Notes: generated from the letters alone by a model not told the origin. A DNA stretch of 64,000 nucleotides from Parcubacteria group bacterium (GCA_943356745.1 CALRFT010000004.1:16269-80268), one strand, 5' to 3'. Positions 9,132-19,883 are shown, counted from the first letter of the stretch. Numbers and translations: made by a program.

Positions 9132-11105
9132 TTAATCAATAATGAGATATTCCATTGGTCCATCATCATTATAGTCATCAGTGTTTCTACCACGAAAACT
9201 CACAGTATCGTACTCATTATTTACTATTTCTGAAGGAATATCTTTCAAAAATTCAGAAGGTTCTTGTAAATGCTGTTCTCCATGAATATATCGAAGTGTT
9301 GCGTGAGAAAGAAACACCTGTTCTTCAGCTCGGGTAAGCGCCACATAGAAAAGTCTTCTTTCTTCCTCATCATCAGAATCACCGTTGTCTTTCCCGTCAA
9401 AATGGTGGGGAAACAAATCCTGCTCAAGCCCCACAATGAAAACATATGGGAATTCAAGTCCTTTTGAAGCGTGCACTGTCATAAGTCTCACACCTTTTGG
9501 CGCTTCTTTTGTCTGATTTGTATTTTCAAGAGAATCTTGGTCACTCGCAAGAACTGCATCTTCAATCATTTTTGAAATACCGTTTTCAGCCAAGTGGTCA
9601 TACTTAAGAGCGAAAGTAATAAGTTCTTCCATATTTTCGATTCGGGCAATATCATCTTCTGTTCCACTTTCTTGAAGTTCTTTTTTAAGTCCTGATTTTT
9701 CAATAACAAATCGAATTGTCTCACTTGGTAAATGTGTTTGACTGTAAGTAAATACTTCATCCAAAAAAGCATAAAATTCGTTTATTTTATGGATTGTTTT
9801 TATTGGGAGTGAGTCTTTTTCTCCAGCAAATAACTTTGCAATAGTAACCTTACCAAGCCCTCGTTTGGGAACATTGATAATTCTTTTAATGTCAGTCAAC
9901 GACTCTTTGTTATACGCCGCTCGAAGATACGACAATACATCTTTTACTTCGGCTCGATCAAAAAATCTTACACCAAGTACAATATATGGAATATCTCCTA
10001 AAAGCATAGTTTCTTCAAGAATTCTTGATTGGAAATTTGCTCGATACAAAACAGCAACATCACTATACTCAACACCTTGTTTTACAAGCTCTTGTATTTT
10101 TCTTTGTACGAAAGATGCTTCTTGCCTATCACTTGTTGCCTCAAAAATAGTAATCAATTCCCCTTCTTTGTTTTTAGTAAAGAGATTTTTCTCTTTTCTC
10201 TTTGTGTTTTTACTAATAACATTATTTGCCGCAAGAAGAATATTTTGAGTTGAACGATAATTTTCTTCCAAAAGTACAACCAAAGCATCTGGGTAATCTT
10301 TTTCAAAATTTAAAATATTCGTCACATCAGCTCCACGCCAGGTGTAAATTGTCTGATCTCCGTCACCTACAACACAAATATTTCCGTGTTTTCCAAGAGC
10401 TTGCGCAATTCTATATTGAGTTTCGTTCGTGTCTTGATACTCATCAATATGAATATATTTCCAGAGTTTGTTATATTTTTCTGCAACATCTTGATTTGTT
10501 TCGAGTAAATATACTGTTTCCAAAAGAAGATCATCAAAATCGAATGCATTTTCCGAAGCAAGTATTTGTTCATATTTATTCCAAATTGAACCAATAATAC
10601 TTCCAAGATGTGTCTCGGATTGCTTAATATACATCGCACTTGTTTGGCATTTATTTTTTTGACTTGAAATAATTCCTCGAATTTTCTTTGGTTCATGAAT
10701 TTTAGGATCAAGTCCAAGTTCCTTAATAGCTTCTTTCACCATCACAAGAGTATCTTTTGAATCTGCAATAGAAAAAAACTTGCCACGTTTATGGTGCTGG
10801 TATTCATTTCTTAAAATATATACACCAAGAGCGTGAAAGGTTGAAACAAAAGGTGCTTCTCCAGAAAATCCAGTTTCAGAAGACATGAGAGACTGGACTC
10901 GCTCCTTCATTTCTTTTGCTGCTTTATTTGTGAAAGTAATTGCTAAAATATTATGTGGTGCAATGCCTTTTTTAATCAAATGAAATATTCGACTTGTAAG
11001 TGTTTTTGTTTTTCCTGCCCCTGCTCCTGCCAAAATAAGAAGTGGTCCTTCTGTGTGTTCAACAGCACGACGCTGGGCTGAATTTAATGTATCAAGATAA
11101 TGCAT
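9132..11105 (-). CDS. pcrA: UvrD/PcrA/Rep ATP-dependent DNA helicase
   Basis: AGAGAGKT, DEYQDTN, ENYRST, TVHASKGLEF, EERRLFYVALTRA; start at MHYLDTLN (11105). Confidence 0.93.
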   Translation of the reverse strand: MHYLDTLNSAQRRAVEHTEGPLLILAGAGAGKTKTLTSRIFHLIKKGIAPHNILAITFTNKAAKEMKERVQSLMSSETGFSGEAPFVSTFHALGVYILRNEYQHHKRGKFFSIADSKDTLVMVKEAIKELGLDPKIHEPKKIRGIISSQKNKCQTSAMYIKQSETHLGSIIGSIWNKYEQILASENAFDFDDLLLETVYLLETNQDVAEKYNKLWKYIHIDEYQDTNETQYRIAQALGKHGNICVVGDGDQTIYTWRGADVTNILNFEKDYPDALVVLLEENYRSTQNILLAANNVISKNTKRKEKNLFTKNKEGELITIFEATSDRQEASFVQRKIQELVKQGVEYSDVAVLYRANFQSRILEETMLLGDIPYIVLGVRFFDRAEVKDVLSYLRAAYNKESLTDIKRIINVPKRGLGKVTIAKLFAGEKDSLPIKTIHKINEFYAFLDEVFTYSQTHLPSETIRFVIEKSGLKKELQESGTEDDIARIENMEELITFALKYDHLAENGISKMIEDAVLASDQDSLENTNQTKEAPKGVRLMTVHASKGLEFPYVFIVGLEQDLFPHHFDGKDNGDSDDEEERRLFYVALTRAEEQVFLSHATLRYIHGEQHLQEPSEFLKDIPSEIVNNEYDTVSFRGRNTDDYNDDGPMEYLIID

Positions 11106-11154
11106 AGTGACTATTGTAGCACAAACAAAAAAGAGCCTTTGAGGCTCTTTTTTG

Positions 11155-14100
11155 TTAATTTTTATATTCAAAAATAGCTGGATAATCTTTTTCAAGATTA
11201 TTAATTGTATTAGTAAGTGTTCTTTTGAATAAATCATGTTCTGGCGTACCAGGCACAAATGAGTCATATCCAATCAAAGCAACTTTTGCTATTTCAATTT
11301 TTTGAGCTATTTTTTTACCTTCAACACTATCTTCAAATGTCTGAGAAAGACCGGATGTCTTTCTCCAATCTGGATCAAAGCCGAGTCTTTGCTTGAAATA
11401 GTCTTCAGGAATTGTTGCTGGTTTATAATTTTCTATATATCCAGTAAGTCTTCCTTGTGTGTCTTTTTCAAATTTAAAATCAAACTCTTGATTAATAACA
11501 TTATTTTTTACTCTAGTTTTTATTATTTGAGATTCTGTTTTTGGTTCAACAACTTCAGTTTGTGATGATGCTTTTTCTGGTTCAGAACTAGTTTCAATTT
11601 CATCACCTCCCAAATCTGTAGCATTTTCAAAAGAATAATTTGGGTCTGGATATTTTTTACCAAGAGAATTTTCAAACAAAGGTTCTTCAGAATATCCTTG
11701 AACAAATTCCTTATCAATTACAGATTTGAGAATATCTCTTTCCTGCTGAAGTGCTTTATATTCAGCACTTGCTGGATCAAGACCTCCCTCTTGAAGAATT
11801 TGATCTCGTGCAATCATCTGATTAATATAGTTATTCAAAGATTCTTTAATTTGAGATTCTGAAAGCTTGTTCGCTTGCGTAAAATTAGTTTCTTGTGCCA
11901 AGAATTTCGCATAGGTATCAATGTCTTTTGTGAGATATGCTTTGTGATAGGCATCAAACTGTTCGAAATTTGTTGTAATACTTGATTCAACTTTTCCATT
12001 TTTTTGAATGAAATCAACATCAGCTGAAATATTTTTTGATATTGTAACTGTTCCACCTTCTGGGGTGAGAACACTTGCTTTCACCTCAGGAGCTGGTGTC
12101 TGATTTGTATTTTGATTCCAAAAATCAGATGGTTTTTCTGTTGTTTGGTTTACCGTATCAGTTTTTGGAAATTCTTGTGGAGAAACTTTTCCTTCTTGAT
12201 ATGATTTAAAATTAAAATGATCTCCGTCAAACTTTCCTTCTCCGGAAAGAATATCGATACCGTTTCGCGCATCTGTATAAATACGTTCTCCAGCTTTGTT
12301 AAATCCAAGTTTTCCTCCTTTGTATATTTTTGCACTTTCGTTTACCTCACCAGGTCGATACATATTATCTTCCATTGCAAGCTGTACGTCTGTCTTAGAC
12401 ATAAACTCTTGTATGTACTTTGGAGCATTTGTATAATCTCCGTTGTATTTTTCCTCTATTGCGTTTTGAAGATTCGCATATGTTTCAATAGCACCTTTTG
12501 ATGAGGCATCGACACTAATTTCAAAGTCTGTTGGATTACTTGGAGTTTCAATAGGAGAAATACTTTCTATTGGAGAAAGATTAGGACCATCGATCACAGT
12601 CTTTACAGCCGTTGAGGCCTTATCTCCATTGAACCAATCAGCAATAAACCATGCAGCGGTTGCAGCTCCTGCACCAACTCCAGCTCCTAAAACAAAAGCT
12701 TTTGCTCTATCTTTGTTTCTTTCCTGTTTTGTCTTGCTGTCTTGCCTATCAAAATAACCTTCGACTCTTGAATTTACCTGCTTTTTATCTTGATCACCCT
12801 CTCCATTTAATTCATACCTAATTTTTTGGGCTTCAACCATTGCCTCCACAAGAAGAGCTTTGTTTTCAAGTTGTTGTTTTGATTTTCCAAAGTTGACTCT
12901 TCCTTCTTTCATTCTTTCATCTAAAAGCAAAAGTCTATCTTCAAGAGCTTGCATTGATCTTTCTCTTCTTTTTGGATCTGTTTCATTTTCAATTTTTACA
13001 AGAAGCTTTGCTATTCTCTCTGCATTTTGTTTTGCATCAAACACCTTATCTGTAGTATCTTTTAAACCTTTTCCTCGTCTTGCATCTTTTGCGTCTTGCT
13101 TAAACTCTTGATTTTTTCGACGTATTCCCATCCATCCACCAATAATCGCACTCGCACCCGCTGCACCGCCGAGACCCCAAAGAGATTTTGAAATTAGTCG
13201 AGTTGCGGATCCAGCAATGATACCAACACTTCCAGGTTGAAGAATCTTTTTTGTAAGATCACTTTGCCATGTTGCGTTTTTCATTTCAGAAATTTCTTTT
13301 GCAACATCTTTGTTGTTACTAAACATTTGATTGAGTTCTACTTTTGCCCGAAGTCCAAATGTGTTTTGTAAAATATCAGAATGTTCAAGACCTCCTTGCT
13401 CAAGCATACTCTGTAATGCTTTTTCACTTTGGTGAAATCCTCCAAGTGCCTCTTGGTATTGTTTTTTTTGATCTTTTGTAGCCGTACTCAAACTCCACTC
13501 ATATGGAATTTCCGAAAGCGCTGTTGCATATCTATTATATGTATCTACAAAAAATCTTTGTTTCTCTGTGAGACCTTCTGGTTTTTTTGCATACTCAATT
13601 ACATAATTTCTATCTGTTCCGTTTTCTTGAATAGAAATATCAATACCATTTTCGATTGTGTAGTTAGTGAGTGCTTCAATATCATCAGCAAAAGCATTAA
13701 GCCCTTTGTGTTCGTTTACAGCATTCCTGTTTGCTTCTCGGCGCATTGCACCACCTTTAAAAATTTTTTTGAAAAAACTAGACTCTTGCTGTTTTCTTGC
13801 AAAATCATTATTTGCCTTGTCTTGAATATGTTCAAGACTTTGTTCCTGAGCCTTAACAAGAACATATGCTTGTTGTCCTTCTGAAAGATTTGCAAAATTT
13901 GGAATAACCTGCACAAGATCTTCATATTTAATTCCAAACTCATGAAGTTTTGCAAGAGTTTCTTCTGTTGGTTCAATTTGAGGAATCACCCCTGTGGCTT
14001 CTTTAACTCCTAAAATTTTTGTTTCAGAAATTCCAGCTTTTAATTCAGTAGATTTTTGAGAAGACTTGTTTTCTAATTGAGAATTTTCTTCTGGAGAAAA

Positions 14101-14655
14101 AATGGATTCGGGATATGATATTTTTTTTACTTCATTTCCACCATTCTCAAATCTAATTAACTTATCAATATCAAGGAGTTGATCTTCTAAAATATCATAT
14201 TGTTCACTATCTTTTTGAAGCTGTGCTTTTGACATTAATTCAACAATTCTGTTTCTTTGATTTGTTAAATAAATCAATCTATCCTGATTATCTAATTGTA
14301 TTTTTTTGTTTATTAAAGCTGATTCTTGAGTATTCAAAATCTCAGACTTTTCTTTTTTTTCAATTGGTTTATTTTGGCCTCCGGCTTTCACTTTTTCCAA
14401 AGCAGCTCGCATTTGTTCAACAGGATCTGATATTTCTTTTTTTTGAAAATCTTCAGATACTCTTGAAATCTCATTGCGAATCTCTTCAATTTTTATAATT
14501 TCTTCTTTTTTTTGTTCTGGATTGTTTAAGACATCTTGAATAAGCTGATTTTCTGTTGTCTTATCAGCACTCTTATAATCCCCATGGATAGGTGTCGTTG
14601 TTTTTTCAACACCTGTCTCAGACCCTTGCGGGCCAAGTTCTAAACGCACATTCAT
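11155..14655 (-). CDS. Large hypothetical coiled-coil protein with Gly/Ala-rich hydrophobic segments
   Basis: 1166-aa ORF with a terminator at 11126-11153. Confidence 0.8.
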   Translation of the reverse strand: MNVRLELGPQGSETGVEKTTTPIHGDYKSADKTTENQLIQDVLNNPEQKKEEIIKIEEIRNEISRVSEDFQKKEISDPVEQMRAALEKVKAGGQNKPIEKKEKSEILNTQESALINKKIQLDNQDRLIYLTNQRNRIVELMSKAQLQKDSEQYDILEDQLLDIDKLIRFENGGNEVKKISYPESIFSPEENSQLENKSSQKSTELKAGISETKILGVKEATGVIPQIEPTEETLAKLHEFGIKYEDLVQVIPNFANLSEGQQAYVLVKAQEQSLEHIQDKANNDFARKQQESSFFKKIFKGGAMRREANRNAVNEHKGLNAFADDIEALTNYTIENGIDISIQENGTDRNYVIEYAKKPEGLTEKQRFFVDTYNRYATALSEIPYEWSLSTATKDQKKQYQEALGGFHQSEKALQSMLEQGGLEHSDILQNTFGLRAKVELNQMFSNNKDVAKEISEMKNATWQSDLTKKILQPGSVGIIAGSATRLISKSLWGLGGAAGASAIIGGWMGIRRKNQEFKQDAKDARRGKGLKDTTDKVFDAKQNAERIAKLLVKIENETDPKRRERSMQALEDRLLLLDERMKEGRVNFGKSKQQLENKALLVEAMVEAQKIRYELNGEGDQDKKQVNSRVEGYFDRQDSKTKQERNKDRAKAFVLGAGVGAGAATAAWFIADWFNGDKASTAVKTVIDGPNLSPIESISPIETPSNPTDFEISVDASSKGAIETYANLQNAIEEKYNGDYTNAPKYIQEFMSKTDVQLAMEDNMYRPGEVNESAKIYKGGKLGFNKAGERIYTDARNGIDILSGEGKFDGDHFNFKSYQEGKVSPQEFPKTDTVNQTTEKPSDFWNQNTNQTPAPEVKASVLTPEGGTVTISKNISADVDFIQKNGKVESSITTNFEQFDAYHKAYLTKDIDTYAKFLAQETNFTQANKLSESQIKESLNNYINQMIARDQILQEGGLDPASAEYKALQQERDILKSVIDKEFVQGYSEEPLFENSLGKKYPDPNYSFENATDLGGDEIETSSEPEKASSQTEVVEPKTESQIIKTRVKNNVINQEFDFKFEKDTQGRLTGYIENYKPATIPEDYFKQRLGFDPDWRKTSGLSQTFEDSVEGKKIAQKIEIAKVALIGYDSFVPGTPEHDLFKRTLTNTINNLEKDYPAIFEYKN

Positions 14656-14732
14656 ACATATAATAGTATATCATCATTTTTTGGATTCTTTGTCGAAGCT
14701 GTGGTAAAGCCAAAAACTTTTCCACATTTCCA

Positions 14733-14922
14733 TTGACTCAATCCCGAGAGTCGGATAGCATATATAGGCAATTGATAGATTACACACGGGGCAACTCTAA
14801 TCATTATCTGTCAATCCTTATACGTGGATGTGATGTTAATCCGTCGCTCCACTGCACATAAAGGCTTATCGAACATAAAACTCAAGATTCTGATCCATAT
14901 TCGGGAAACCGAAAAGATCGGA
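14733..14922 (+). promoter_or_regulatory. Sigma70 promoter and structured 5' leader
   Basis: TTGACT-17-TAGCAT followed by three hairpins; DnaA-like box TTTTCCACA at 14718. Confidence 0.55.
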
Positions 14923-16037
14923 TGAACATATTTTTTGACTTTATGAAAAAGACAAAAACCCAAACCATTGTTGGGTTTGTATCCTCTATTGTCTTTATTC
15001 CTACCATTACATACGCAGGGGTTTTCTCTTTTATGGGAGGGCTTTCTTTTGCCTATCTAGAAGAAAAAACAAACCAAAATCATAATTCTCAAACAATAGG
15101 ACTTCTTGAGGTAAAGCTAGACGAGCAAAGAATTGTAAACCTAGAATCCTATGGAGGACCACGAGTTGCAATCGCAGCCGATGGAGCACTCATTCCTGAA
15201 TTTTCTCCGTATTCAATCGACTATGAAATTGCTGAAGTAAGTACCGCAAGTGGACAAATTGTTATCTATACCGTTCAAAGTGGTGACACTATTTCAGAAA
15301 TAGCAGAGCGACACGGTGTTTCAACAAACACAATTCGCTGGGCAAACGGAATTAAAAAAGATGAAACTGTTCGTGTCGGACAAGAACTTGTTCTTCTTCC
15401 AATTACAGGAATTCAAATTGAAGTAAAGCAGGGAGATACAATCTCAACTATTGCAGCACGGTATTCTGGGGACGCTGAAGAAATTGCAAACTATAATAGT
15501 TTCTCTCTTGATGAATCTCTTTCTGTAGGACAAAAAATTATTATCCCTGACGGCGAACTTGGAGCCGAAGAAACAAAAGAAGAGAAGAAAATTAACAACA
15601 AGAAGGCTGAGAAGACTTCAACAAAAACAAAAGAAACTGTTTCAAGTAGTACTGTTGCAAAAAGAAAAGAACTTGAAAACTATTTCATTCGACCAGTTGC
15701 CGGTGTTGTCACACAGCGAGGCCACGGACCATATGAAGCGTGGGATATTGCAAACAAGGTTGGAACACCAGTATACGCAATGGCAGACGGAGTTGTTATA
15801 ATTAGTAAATCTTCTGGATGGAATGGAGGATATGGACAATATATTGTTATCAAGCACGGAAATAAAACTCAAACTTTATACGGGCACTTAAGTGAAAATA
15901 GTGTTTCAGCCGGACAAACAGTAAAACAAGGTCAGAAAATTGGAGAACTTGGAAATACAGGGCGATCAACAGGACCACATCTTCACTTTGAAGTACGTGG
16001 AGATCCAGACCCAGTTCCAACACCAATCCTCTACTAA
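14922..16037 (+). CDS. LysM-domain M23 family peptidoglycan endopeptidase
   Basis: Two LysM repeats (YTVQSGDTISEIA, EVKQGDTISTIA); TLYGHL and STGPHLHFEVR; start may be 14943. Confidence 0.93.
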   Translation: MNIFFDFMKKTKTQTIVGFVSSIVFIPTITYAGVFSFMGGLSFAYLEEKTNQNHNSQTIGLLEVKLDEQRIVNLESYGGPRVAIAADGALIPEFSPYSIDYEIAEVSTASGQIVIYTVQSGDTISEIAERHGVSTNTIRWANGIKKDETVRVGQELVLLPITGIQIEVKQGDTISTIAARYSGDAEEIANYNSFSLDESLSVGQKIIIPDGELGAEETKEEKKINNKKAEKTSTKTKETVSSSTVAKRKELENYFIRPVAGVVTQRGHGPYEAWDIANKVGTPVYAMADGVVIISKSSGWNGGYGQYIVIKHGNKTQTLYGHLSENSVSAGQTVKQGQKIGELGNTGRSTGPHLHFEVRGDPDPVPTPILY

Positions 16038-16070
16038 AAATAAAAATCACACATGAAACATGTGTGATTT

Positions 16071-17558
16071 TTATTTTTGTTTTGGTCTATATTGAAGCGC
16101 TTCGAGAATATGATTTCTTTCAATGTGCTCACTTCCTTCAATATCCGCTATTGTTCGTGCGAGTTTCATAACCCTGTGATAACTTCTTGGAGAAAGTGAA
16201 AGTCTACTTGCTGTTTCATTAAGAAGTTTCTCCACTTCTTCTGAAAGAATTATATATTCTCCAATTTCTTTTGCAGACATTTCACTATTTAATTTTTCTT
16301 TTCCGAAACGCTTGTGTTGGGCTTTTCTTGTTTGAAGAACCTTTTCTCTCAAGACTTGTGTAGTTTCTTGGTTTTCATCCTTTTTTGAAAGATTTTCATA
16401 TGGAATATGATCAACATGAACCCACATATCGATTCGATCCATAATCGGTCCTGATATTTTTCTTTCATATCGTACGATATCAGCAGCTGTCGCATTATGC
16501 GGCGGCGGATTCATTGCGGCAACAAGAATAAAATGGGTTGGGAAAGTTACACTTCCTTTAATTCTAGAAATATTCACCTTTCTATCTTCGAGTGGCTGTC
16601 GAAGACTTTCCAAAACTCTTCTATCAAACTCTGGAAATTCGTCCAAAAACAAAACTCCCTTATGTGCCAATGTTACCTCACCAGGTTTTGGGAAGGTTCC
16701 GCCACCAATTACTGAAACATAACTTGAAGTATTGTGTGGTGCTCGAAACGGCGGATGAGTGATAATTGTGTGATTCAATATTCCTGCAATACTATGAATA
16801 CTTGTTACCTCAAGCGCTTCTTTTTCTGAAAGCGGTGGAAGAATTCCTGTAAATGCTTTTGCGAGCATTGTCTTTCCGGTTCCGGGTGGTCCATACATTG
16901 CGATATTGTGTCCACCGCTTGCGGCAATCAAAAGCCCTCTTTTCACTTGCTGCTGTCCTACAACATCAGCAAAATCAATCACACTTTGTGGATTACTGTA
17001 GTCCCAGAGTGTTTTTTCTTGTGATGAAAGTTTTTTATCTTGCAAGGTGAGGTGTTCAATGACTTCTTTCAAATTTTTCACGGGATAGATTGTAATATCA
17101 GAAATAAGTGCAGCTTCTTCTCTGTTTTCATATGGAACAAAGACTTCTTCAATCCCTTGCTGTTTTGCCATTTCAACAAGAGGCAAAACTCCATGAACAG
17201 ATCTCACATCACCATTCAAACCAAGTTCACCAATAAAAATTTTTCCTTCTGGATCAAATTGTATTTCTTCTGTTGAAAGAAGGTAACCAAGCGCAATAGC
17301 AAGATCATAGCTTGATCCTTCTTTTTTAATACTTGCAGGAGAAAGTGAAACAACAATTTTATATTGAGATGATTTAGGATTTTCAAATCCAGAGTTTTTA
17401 ATTGCAGAAGACACACGATCACGTGCTTCTTCTACAGCCTTATCAGGAAGTCCAACAATCGAAAAAGCGTGGAGAAAAGATTTTGAAATATCAACTTCAA
17501 TAGTAATGATATGACCTTGAAGTGCATTTGTTTGTGCGCTATATACACGAGAGAACAT
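16071..17558 (-). CDS. comM: YifB/ComM Mg-chelatase-like AAA+ ATPase
   Basis: IVGLPDKAVEEARDRV, GPPGTGKT, PGEVTLAHKGVLFLDEFPEF; start MFSRVYS. Confidence 0.92.
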   Translation of the reverse strand: MFSRVYSAQTNALQGHIITIEVDISKSFLHAFSIVGLPDKAVEEARDRVSSAIKNSGFENPKSSQYKIVVSLSPASIKKEGSSYDLAIALGYLLSTEEIQFDPEGKIFIGELGLNGDVRSVHGVLPLVEMAKQQGIEEVFVPYENREEAALISDITIYPVKNLKEVIEHLTLQDKKLSSQEKTLWDYSNPQSVIDFADVVGQQQVKRGLLIAASGGHNIAMYGPPGTGKTMLAKAFTGILPPLSEKEALEVTSIHSIAGILNHTIITHPPFRAPHNTSSYVSVIGGGTFPKPGEVTLAHKGVLFLDEFPEFDRRVLESLRQPLEDRKVNISRIKGSVTFPTHFILVAAMNPPPHNATAADIVRYERKISGPIMDRIDMWVHVDHIPYENLSKKDENQETTQVLREKVLQTRKAQHKRFGKEKLNSEMSAKEIGEYIILSEEVEKLLNETASRLSLSPRSYHRVMKLARTIADIEGSEHIERNHILEALQYRPKQK

Positions 17559-17744
17559 ATCTATAGCGTACAACCAAAAAGAATATTTCAAAAGTGGAGA
17601 AAATAAAAAAGCCGATTTAAAAATCTTTTCAAGATTTTTAAATCGGCTTAACATGACTTTCAATTGCAGGATTTTAAGGAGCTACTCACCACCGTAGCGC
17701 TCCATGTTCGCTTTTTCATAAAAAGCAAATTTAGGGGTTCTAAT

Positions 17745-18020
17745 TTATTTATCCCAATCCAGTATCACGCTATACATAAATAGCATAACCACAAGAAACA
17801 GAACAAGATAAAGTTCCGCAGAACCGACAAGAGGTTTAATCGGGGCAAAGTAATAAATTATCACTATTGCAATTAAGGCTATTAATGTGTAGTAAATAAT
17901 TGTTTTTTTCTTGTTAAATACACCGACAAGAAACTGAATAAAGATGACAACAGTGTGAATTGTCATAAGTACATTAATTGCTGGATTAAGTTCAAAAAGA
18001 GCTTGTAATTTATTGATCAT
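17745..18020 (-). CDS. Small 3-TM hypothetical protein
   Basis: Hydrophobic 91-aa ORF with a TTGACA promoter upstream. Confidence 0.6.
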   Translation of the reverse strand: MINKLQALFELNPAINVLMTIHTVVIFIQFLVGVFNKKKTIIYYTLIALIAIVIIYYFAPIKPLVGSAELYLVLFLVVMLFMYSVILDWDK

Positions 18021-18125
18021 GGTTTTATATTTTTAAATTTGTGTAAATAATATCACATATAAATGTTTTTGTCAAGCATTAGAAAAACCACCATTTCTGG
18101 TGGTTTTTCTTATGATTTTGGGTTA

Positions 18126-18392
18126 TTACCCTTTAAGTTTGAAATCTTTTACAAGCTTTGCAAATGTTTTAGCATCTGTTCGTTCAAGATACTTCATATG
18201 CTTTCGTCGCTTTGCAACGAGCTTGATAAGACCTCGGCGTGAGTGATTGTCTTTCTTATGCTCTTTCAAGTGAGCTGAGAGCTCCTTGATTCGCTCCGAA
18301 AGGATTCCGATCTGCACAGCTGATGAACCAGTGTCCTTGTCAGAAATTGCAGTCTTTTTAATAACTTTCGCCTTTTTGTCCTTATTCAACAT
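18126..18392 (-). CDS. rpsO: 30S ribosomal protein S15
   Basis: DTGSSAVQI, HKKDNHSRRGL. Confidence 0.97.
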   Translation of the reverse strand: MLNKDKKAKVIKKTAISDKDTGSSAVQIGILSERIKELSAHLKEHKKDNHSRRGLIKLVAKRRKHMKYLERTDAKTFAKLVKDFKLKG

Positions 18393-18545
18393 ATTATTGT
18401 TCAAGAAATATCAATCAAAAAGGAATTGGTATTTCTATCTGTTCTAACTAATAACGAATGGCATTGTAGCATGGGAAATATAGGTTTGTCAATATCTTTC
18501 AAAAATCCATAATTAATAAAGTAAGCTATAATTATTGTACGACAT

Positions 18546-19469
18546 ATGGCAAACGAAATCGAAAGATGGAAACGAGAGTTTCTTGAATATATTGAAATCG
18601 AAAAAGGGCGATCCCTCAAAACAGTAGAGAACTACAACCATTATTTGAGTCGTTTTTTTGAATTTTCAAAAATCTCTTCCCCGAAAGATATTACAGAAGA
18701 AAAAGTTCGAGAATTTCGTCTTACCCTTAACAGACAAAATGGAAGAAAGGTAAAAGGTCAGCAAAGTGCAACAATGAAGAAAAATACGCAAAACTACTAC
18801 CTCATCGCACTTCGCTCTTTTTTGAAATATCTTCTCAAGAAAAATATTACCTCCCTTCGACCAGATACGATCGAGCTTGCAAAGACACCGGGAAGACAGA
18901 TTGATCCTGTTTCTTCAGGAGAACTTGAGCGACTCCTTGCGGCACCAAACGGAAGTAGTATTTCAGATTTGCGAGATAAGGCTCTGCTTGAACTTTTCTT
19001 TTCGACAGGGCTTCGTCTTGCGGAACTTTGTAGCTTAAACCGTGATCTCGATCTTTCAAAAGATGAGTTTTCAATTCGAGGAAAGGGAGAAAAAGTACGT
19101 GTTGTATTCTTGTCTTCGGAAGCAAAATCAGCAATTAAATCCTATCTCTCAAAACGAGGAGATATGGAGGAAGCAATGTTTATTCAAGTTTCAAACAACA
19201 AAACAAGTGAGAAAGATTTGAGACTCACCCCAAGATCAATTCAAAGAATTGTAAAAAAATACGCAATAAAGGCTGGTATTTCAAAAAATGTTACACCTCA
19301 CATGCTTCGTCACTCATTTGCAACAGACCTTCTTCAAAATGGCGCAGATATTCGAAGTGTGCAAATGATGCTTGGACATGCAAACATTGCAACCACACAA
19401 GTCTATACTCATGTAACAGACAGACAACTTCAAGAGATTCACAAAAAGTTTCATGGAAAAAAACAATAA
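18546..19469 (+). CDS. XerC/XerD-type tyrosine recombinase
   Basis: SAM-like N-domain; TGLRLAEL, RGKGEKVR, HMLRHSFAT, LGHA, TQVYTHV catalytic residues. Confidence 0.93.
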   Translation: MANEIERWKREFLEYIEIEKGRSLKTVENYNHYLSRFFEFSKISSPKDITEEKVREFRLTLNRQNGRKVKGQQSATMKKNTQNYYLIALRSFLKYLLKKNITSLRPDTIELAKTPGRQIDPVSSGELERLLAAPNGSSISDLRDKALLELFFSTGLRLAELCSLNRDLDLSKDEFSIRGKGEKVRVVFLSSEAKSAIKSYLSKRGDMEEAMFIQVSNNKTSEKDLRLTPRSIQRIVKKYAIKAGISKNVTPHMLRHSFATDLLQNGADIRSVQMMLGHANIATTQVYTHVTDRQLQEIHKKFHGKKQ

Positions 19470-19495
19470 AAGCGCGCAAAATTGCGCGCTTTTTA

Positions 19496-19816
19496 CTAAG
19501 TTTTTGGTTTGAAAAAATCTTGAACAACCTCATTGATAAAATCTTGAATAACATCTTTGTTTGCAATCTCTTCAAGTGAGGAGATTTGAACAATAAAAGA
19601 TTCAATGGTGTTTGTTGGAAGATTATTTGCGCTGTAACATTCTGGGTGAAAAACAAAACCCCCTTCTTGTTTTTTAAAACCCACAATGAAAATTCCAATA
19701 TTATACTTTTTCCATTTTTCACCAAAATCTTTACAGACAAGCAAATGATTGAGTCCCAGGCATTGTTCTTTTGGAACCATAATTTCAAAAATTGTTTTTT
19801 GTGTAGGTGTTACCAT
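19496..19816 (-). CDS. Hypothetical protein
   Basis: 106-aa ORF sharing a terminator with the xer gene. Confidence 0.5.
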   Translation of the reverse strand: MVTPTQKTIFEIMVPKEQCLGLNHLLVCKDFGEKWKKYNIGIFIVGFKKQEGGFVFHPECYSANNLPTNTIESFIVQISSLEEIANKDVIQDFINEVVQDFFKPKT

Positions 19817-19883
19817 AGTAGAACTTTTTCTTATTTCTACTCTCCAGACAGGTTTTTGTCAATCAGATGCTATAATAGCTTCT

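Noticed and set aside
11106-11273. N-terminal extensions in the ORF track (pcrA, comM, cca, methyltransferase, prgI)
   Set aside because: They cross terminators, tRNAs or neighbouring genes; internal ATGs fit family starts and -10 positions
16044-16072. parS-like CACATGAAACA
   Set aside because: Only a half match, and it forms part of the bidirectional terminator between the M23 gene and comM
17661-17719. 19-aa ORF and GGAGC..GCTCC hairpin upstream of comM
   Set aside because: Too short, with no supporting signals
18546-19469. Prophage or ICE integrase
   Set aside because: Housekeeping Xer-type size and motifs; no att repeats or phage genes nearby
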